From the NCBI RefSeq assembly GCF_009914755.1, contig NC_060933.1: 64,000 nucleotides of DNA. One strand, given 5' to 3'. The DNA comes from the human T2T-CHM13v2.0 reference genome, Homo sapiens. Below are positions 56,695-64,000 of the stretch, one piece after another; positions within the stretch are counted from its first letter, which is position 1, and each line of letters opens with the position of its first letter. The notes under the pieces are model-generated. The model saw only the letters and a program-made list of their open reading frames with translations. It did not search any database and had not been told where the DNA came from. A program made the position numbers and the translations under genes.

Positions 56695-59600
56695 AATCAA
56701 CCCGAGTGCAATGGAATGGAGTGGAATGGAATGGAATGGAATGGAACAACCCGAATGGAATGGAATGTAATGGAGAGTAAGGGAGTTGAATAGAATCAAT
56801 CCGAATGTAATGGAATGGAATGCAACGGAATGGAATGGAATGGAATGGAATGGAATGGAATGCAATGGAATGGAATGGAATGATACGGAATAGAATGGAA
56901 TGGAACGAAATGGAATGGAATGGAATGGAATGGAATGGAATAGAATGGAATCGTTCCGAGTGGAATAGGAGGGAATGTATTCGAGTGGAATGGAAAGGAA
57001 TGTAATCAACCAGAGTGGAATGGAAGGGAATGGAATGGAATGGAAACTAATAGAATGGAATCAACCCGAGTGGAATGGAATGGAAAGGACTGGAATGGAA
57101 TGGAATGGAATGGAATCAACTCGATTGTAATGGAATGCAATGGAATGGAATGGAATGGAATGGAATTAACCCGAATACAATGGAATGGAATGGAATGGAA
57201 TGGAATGGAGTGGAATGGAATGGAATCAACCCGAGTGCAGGGGAATGGAATGGAATGGAATGCAATGGAATGGAATCATCCGGAATGGAATGGAATGGAA
57301 TGGAATGCAAAGCAATGGAATCAACTCGATTGCAATGGAATGGAATGGAATGGAAAGGAATACATTGGAATCAACCCGAGTGGAATGGAATGGAAAGGAC
57401 TGGAATGGAGTGGAATGGAATGGAATGGAATGCAATGGAATGGAAAGGAATCAACTTGATTGGAATGGAATGGAATGGAATGGAATGGAATGGAATGGAA
57501 AGGAATTAATCCGAATAGAAAGGAATGGAATGGAATGGAACGGAACGGAATGGAATGGAATGGAATGGAATGGAATGGAATGGAATGGAATCAACCAGAC
57601 TGCAGGTGAACGGAATGGAATGGAATACAATGGAATGGATTCAACTTGAATGGAATGGAAAGAATGGAAACAACACGAGTGGAATGGCATGGATTGGAAT
57701 GGAATGGAATGGAATCAACCCGAGTACAGGGGAATGGAATGGAATGGAATGCAATGGAATGGAATCATCCGTAATGGAATGGAAAGGAATGGAATGGAAT
57801 GGAATGGAATGGAATGGAATCAACACGATTGCAATGGAATGGAATGGAATGGAATTAACCCGAATAGAATGGAATGGAATGGAATGGAACAGAACGGAAT
57901 GGAATGGAATGGAATGGAATGGAATGGAATGGAACGGAACGGAACGGAACGGAATGGAATGGAATGGAATGCAATGGAATGGAATCAACGCGAGTGCAGG
58001 GGAATGGAATGGAATGGAAAGCAATGGAATGGAATCTACCGGAATGGAATGGAATGGAATGGAATGGAATGGAATGAAATGCAATTGATTCAACTCGATT
58101 GCAATGGAATGGAATAGAATGGAATGGAATGGAATGGAATGGAATTAACCCGAAAAGAATGGAATGGAATGGAATGGAACGGAATGGAACGGAATGGAAT
58201 GGAATGGAATGGAATGGAATGGAATGGAATGGTATGGAATGGAATGGAGTGGTACGGAATAGAATGGAATGGAACGAATTGTAATGGAATGGAATTGAAT
58301 GGAATGGAATGGAATGGAATGGAATGGAATCAACGCGAGTGCACGGGAATATAATGGAACGGAATGCAATGGAATGGAATCATCCGGAATGGAATGGAAT
58401 GGAATGGAATGGAATGGAATGGAATGGAACGGAATCAACCCGAGTGCAATGGAATGGAGTGGAATGGAATGGAACAACCCGAATGGAATGGAATGTAATG
58501 GAGAGTAAGGGAGTTGAATAGAATCAATCCGAACGTAATGGAATGGAATGCAGCGGAATGGAATAGAATGTAATGGAATGGAATGGAATGGAATCAACCC
58601 GAGTGCAATGGAATGGAGTGGAATGGAATGGAATGGAATGGAACAACCCGAATGGAATCGAATATAATGGAGAGTAAGGGAGTTGAATAGAATCAATCCG
58701 AATGTAATGGAATGGAATGGAACGCAATGGAATGGAACGGAATGGAATGGAATGGAATGGAATAGAATGGAATGGAACAAAATGGAATGGAACGAAATGG
58801 AATGGAATGGAATGGAATGGAATGCAATGGAATGGAATCAACGCGAGTGCAATGGAATGGAGAGGAATGGAATGGAATGGAATGGAAACTACCCGAATGG
58901 AATGGAATGTAATGGAGTGTAAGGGAATTGAATAGAATCAATCCGAATGTAATGGAATGGAATGGAACGGAATGCAATGGAATGGAATGGAATGGAATGC
59001 AATGGAATGGAATCAACCCGAGTGCAATCGAATGGAATCGAATTGAATGGAATGCAATGGAATGGATTGAACTTGAATGGAATGGAAAGAATGGAATCAA
59101 CACGAGTGGAATGGCATGGATTGGAATGGAATGGAATGGAATCAACTCGAGTACAGGGGAATGGAATGGAGTGGAATGCAATGGAATGGAATCATCCGTA
59201 ATGGAATGGAAAGGAATGGAATGGAATGGAATGGAATGTAATGGAATGGAATGGAATCAACTCGATTGCAATCGAATGGAAAGGAATGGAATTAACCCGA
59301 ATAGAATGGAATGGAATGGAATGGAACGGAACGGAATGGAATGGAATGGAATGGAATGGAATGGAATGGAATGGAACGGAACGGAATGGAATGGAATGGA
59401 ATGGAATGGAATCAACGCGAGTGCAGGGGAATGGAATGGAATGGAATACACTGGAATGGAATCTTCCGGAATGGAATGGAATGGAATGGAATGGAATGAA
59501 ATGCAATGGATTCAAATCGATTGCAATGGAATGGAATAGAATGGAATGGAATGGAATGGAATGGAATTAATCCGAATAGAATGGAATGGAATGGAATGGA

Positions 59601-60870
59601 ACGGAATGGAACGGAATGGAATGGAATGGAATGGAATGGAATGGTATGGAATGGAATGGAATGGTACGGAATAGAATGGAATGGAACGAATTGTAATAGA
59701 ATGGAATTGAATGGAATGGAATGGAATGGAATGGAATCAACGCGAGTGCAGGGGAATGTAATGGAACGGAATGCAATGGAATGGAATCATCCGGAATGGA
59801 ATGGAATGGAATGGAATGGAATGGAATCAACCCGAGTGCAATGCAATGGAGTGGAATGGAATGGAATGGAATGGAACAACCCGAATGGAATGGAATGTAA
59901 TGGAGAGTAAGGGAGTTGAATAGAATCAATCCGAATGTAATGGAATGGAATGCAACGGAATGGAATGGAATGGAATGGAATGGAATGGAATGCAATGGAA
60001 TGGAATGGAATGATACGGAATAGAATGGAATGGAACGAAATGGAATGGAATGGAATGGAATGGAATGGAATGGAATAGAATGGAATCGTTCCGAGTGGAA
60101 TAGGAGGGAATGTATTCGAGTGGAATGGAAAGGAATGTAATCAACCAGAGTGGAATGGAAGGGAATGGAATGGAATGGAAACTAATAGAATGGAATCAAC
60201 CCGAGTGGAATGGAATGGAAAGGACTGGAATGGAATGGAATGGAATGGAATCAACTCGATTGTAATGGAATGCAATGGAATGGAATGGAATGGAATGGAA
60301 TTAACCCGAATACAATGGAATGGAATGGAATGGAATGGAACGGAATGGAGTGGAATGGAATGGAATCAACCCGAGTGCAGAGGAATGGAATGGAATGGAA
60401 TGCAATGGAATGGAATCATCCGGAATGGAATGGAATGGAATGGAATGCAAAGCAATGGAATCAACTCGATTGCAATGGAATGGAATGGAATGGAAAGGAA
60501 TACATTGGAATCAACCCGAGTGGAATGGAATGGAAAGGACTGGAATGGAGTGGAATGGAATGGAATGGAATGGAATGGAATGGAATGGAATGGAAAGGAA
60601 TCAACTTGATTGGAATGGAATGGAATGGAATGGAATGGAATGGAATGGAAAGGAATTAATCCGAATAGAAAGGAATGGAATGGAATGGAAAGGAACGGAA
60701 TGGAATTTAATGGAATGGAATGGAATGGAATGGAATGGAATGGAATGGAATCAACCCGACTGCAGGTGAACGGAATGGAATGGAATACAATGGAATGGAT
60801 TCAACTTGAATGGAATGGAAAGAATGGAAACAACACGAGTGGAATGGCATGGATTGGAATGGAATGGAAG
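56695..60870 (+). repeat. Direct repeat pair of ~1 kb, ~56.7-57.7 kb vs ~59.8-60.87 kb, offset ~3.14-3.16 kb
   Basis: Shared private variants: tgtaatcaaccagag 57001/60136, tgcaggtgaacgg 57601/60761, agaatggaaacaacacgag 57661/60821, aggaattaatccgaatagaaagg ~57501/~60651. Confidence 0.85.
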
Positions 60871-63800
60871 GGAATGGAATGCAATGGAATGGAATCATCC
60901 GTAATGGAATGGAAAGGAATGGAATGGAATGGAATGGAATGGAATGGAATGGAATGGAATGGAATCAACTCGATTGCAATCGAATGGAATGGAATGGAAT
61001 TAACCCGAATAGAATGGAATGGAATGGAATGGAACGGAACGGAACGGAATGGAATGGAATGGAATGGAATGGAATGGAATGGAACGGAGAGGAATGGAAT
61101 GGAATGGAATGGAATGGAATGGAATGCAATGGAATCAACGCGAGTACAGGGGAATGGAATGGAATGGAATGCAATGGAATGGAATCTTCCGGAATGGAAT
61201 GGAATGGAATGGAATGGAATGGAATGGAATGGAGTAAACCCGAGTGCAATGGAATGGAGTGGAATGGAATGGAATGGAATGGAACAACCCGAATGGAATG
61301 TAATGTAATGGAGACTAAGGGAGTTGAATAGAATCAATCCGAATGTAATCGAATGGAATGGAACGGAATGGAATTGAATGGAATGGAATGGAATGGAATG
61401 CAATGGTATGGAATCAACCCGAGTGCAATGGAATGGAGAGGAATGGAATGTAATGCAATGGAAACTACCCGAATGGAATGGAATGTAATGGAGTGTAAGG
61501 GAATTGAATAGAATCAATCCGAATGTAATGGAATGGAATGGAACGGAATGGAGTGGAATGGAATGGAATGGAATGGAATGCAATGGAATGGAATCAACCC
61601 GAGTGCAATCAAATGGAATCGAATGGAATGGAATGCAATGGAATGGATTCAACTTGAATGGAATGGAAAGAATGGAATCAACACGAGTGGAATGGCATGG
61701 ATTGGAATTGAATGGAATGGAATCAACCCGAGTACAGGGGAATGGAATGGAATGGAATGCAATGGAATGGAATCATCCGTAATGGAATGGAAAGGAATGG
61801 AATGGAATGGAATGGAATGGAATGGAATGGAATGGAATCAACTCGATTGCAATCGAATGGAATGGAATGGAATTAACCCGAATAGAATGGAATGGAATGG
61901 AATGGAACAGAACGGAATGGAATGGAATGGAATAGAATGGAATGGAACGGGACGGAAAGGAACGGAATGGAATGGAATGGAATGGAATGGAATGGAATGG
62001 AATGGAATCAACGCGAGTGCAGGGGAATGGAATGGAATGGAATGCAATGGAATGGAATCTTCCGGAATGGAATGGAATGGAATGGAATGGAATGGAATGA
62101 AATGCAATGGATTCAACTCGATTGCAATGGAATGGAATAGAATGGAATGGAATGGAATGGAATAGAATTAACCCGAATAGAATGGAATGGAATGGAATGG
62201 AACGGAATGGAATGGAACGGAATGCAATGGAATAGAAACATCCGGAATGGAATGGAATGGAATGGAATGGAATGGAATCAACCCGAGTGCAATGGAATGG
62301 AGTAGAACGGAATGGAATGGAATGGAACAACCCGAATGGAATGGAATGTAATGGAGAGTAAGGGAGTTGAATAGAATCAATCCAAATGTAATGGAATGGA
62401 ATGCAACGGAATGGAATGGAATGAAATGGAATGGAATGCAATGGAATGGAATCAACCCGAGTACAAAGGAATGGAATGGAATGGAATGGAATGGAATGGA
62501 ATGGAATGGAATGATACCGAATAGAATGGAATGGAACGAAATGGAATGGAATGGAATGGAATGGAATGGAATGGAATGGAATGGAATGGAATGGAATGGA
62601 ATCGTTCCGAGTGGAATAGGAGGGAATGTATTCGAGTGGAATGGAAAGGAATGGAATCAACCAGAGTGGAATGGAAGGGAATGGAATGGAATGGAAACTA
62701 ATAGAATGGAATCAACCCGAGTGGAATGGAATGGAAAGGACTGGAATGGAATGGAATGGAATGGAATCAACACGATTGTAATGGAATGGAACGGAATGGA
62801 ATGGAATGGAATGGAATTAACCCGAATACATTGGAATGGAATGGAATGGAATGGAACGGAATGGAGTGGAATGGAATGGAATCAACCCGAGTGCAGGGGA
62901 ATGGAATGGAATGGAATGCACAGCAACGGAATCAACTCGATTGCAATGGAATGGAATGGAATGGAAAGGAATACATTGGAATCAACCCGAGTGGAATGGA
63001 ATGGAAAGGACTGGAATGGAGTGGAATGGAATGGAATGGAATGGAATGGAATGGAATGGAATTAACCCGAATAGAAAGGAATGGAATGGAATGGAACGGA
63101 ACGGAGTGGAATGGAATGGAATGCAATGGAATGGAATGGAATGGAATGGAATCAACCCGACTGCAGGGGAATGGAATGGAACGGAATGCAATGGAATGGA
63201 TTCAACTTGAATGGAATGGAAAGAATGGAATCAACACGAGTGGAATGGCATGGATTGGAATGGAATGGAATGGAATCAACCCGAGTACAGGGGAATGGAA
63301 TGGAATGGAATGCAATGGAATGGAATCATCCGTAATGGAATGGAAAGGAATGGAATGGAATGGAATGGAATGGAATGGAATCAACTCGATTGCAATCGAA
63401 TGGAATGGAATGGAATTAACCCGAATAGAATGGAATGGAATGGAATGGAACGGAACGGAATGGAAAGGAATGGAATGGAATGGAATGGAACGGAACGGAA
63501 TGGAATGGAATGGAATGGAATCAACACGGGTGCAGGGGAATGGAATGGAATGGAATGCAATGGAATGGAATCTTCCGGAATGGAATGGAATGGAATGGAA
63601 TGGAATGAAATGCAATGGATTCAACTCGATTGCAATGGAATGGAATAGAATGGAATGGAATGGAATGGAATGGAATTAACCCGAATAGAATGGAATGGAA
63701 TGGAATGGAACGGAATGGAACGGAATGGAATGGAATGGAATGGAATGGAATGGAATCAACGCGAGTGCAGGGGAATGTAATGTAATGGAATGTAATGGAA

Positions 63801-64000
63801 TGGAATCTTCCGGAATGGAATGGAATGGAATGGAATCAACCCGAGTGCAATGGAATGGAGTGGAATGGAATGGAATGGAATGGAACAATCCGAATGGAAT
63901 CGAATGTAATGGAGAGTAAGGGAGTTGAATAGAATCAATCCGAATATAATGGAATGGAATGGAACGGAATGGAATTGAATGGAATGGAATAGAATGCAAT

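Larger units (their letters stand above)
1..64000 (+). repeat. Satellite III (HSat3-type) tandem array, (GGAAT)n with CAACCCGAGT-family interruptions; pericentromeric or acrocentric-type heterochromatin of human or a great ape
   Basis: Every line is GGAAT pentamers or 1-2 nt variants. Frequent GGAAT-CAACCCGAGT (reverse complement ACTCGGGTTG), the classical decamer that distinguishes satellite III from satellite II. The array runs off both ends of the window and keeps the G/A-rich strand on + throughout. Confidence 0.98.

Noticed and set aside
25-63999. Hundreds of ORFs of 60-330 aa on both strands
   Set aside because: (GGAAT)n has no stop codon in any of six frames (GGA ATG GAA TGG AAT; ATT CCA TTC CAT TCC), so long overlapping ORFs are expected. 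They overlap in all frames, contain only pentapeptide repeats and show no domain or gene structure.
1-64000. CRISPR-like alternation of conserved words and intervening sequence
   Set aside because: The intervening sequence is variable-length GGAAT, not unique fixed-length spacers. There is no leader or cas gene, and the context is eukaryotic satellite.
1-64000. Satellite II (HSat2)
   Set aside because: HSat2 is dominated by CATTCGATTC / GAATCATC(G)AAT units with poorly conserved pentamers. Here long perfect GGAAT runs and the CAACCCGAGT decamer dominate.
1-64000. Telomeric repeat or G-quadruplex array (gttaggg at ~19101/23058/27150; frequent gcagggg)
   Set aside because: TTAGGG occurs only as isolated single variants of the gtaaggg word, and G-runs of three or more are too widely spaced to form canonical four-tract G4 motifs.
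1-64000. Pathogenic (TGGAA)n expansion such as the SCA31 insertion
   Set aside because: That insertion is a few kb of nearly pure repeat in unique intronic sequence. This window is 64 kb or more of interrupted, cassette-structured satellite with no unique flanks.

Overview
The whole 64 kb window is one uninterrupted, single-orientation array of satellite III DNA (human/great-ape HSat3). It consists of (GGAAT)n pentamers on the + strand, punctuated by the classical Sat III decamer CAACCCGAGT and its relatives (CAACTCGATT, CAACGCGAGT, CAACACGAGT, TAACCCGAAT). I see no protein-coding gene, RNA gene, transposon insertion, inversion or CRISPR array. All listed ORFs are artefacts of a repeat that has no stop codon in any frame (MEWNG / IPFHS pentapeptides). 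I found no new protein-based system. The interesting structure is in the DNA itself: (i) a small vocabulary of landmark words in a fixed order, with a few branch points that give clustered loop lengths rather than one higher-order period; (ii) nested recent duplications from 50 bp to about 5 kb, including a ~4 kb triplication; (iii) about 120 pentamer phase slips, all -1 except one and almost all from four inherited words; (iv) about 35 perfect three-unit heat-shock elements (gGAAtcTTCcgGAAt) in one landmark word; (v) a change in vocabulary after about 45.8 kb. All coordinates and counts were read by eye and are approximate. Chromosome and HSat3 subfamily cannot be assigned without a search.
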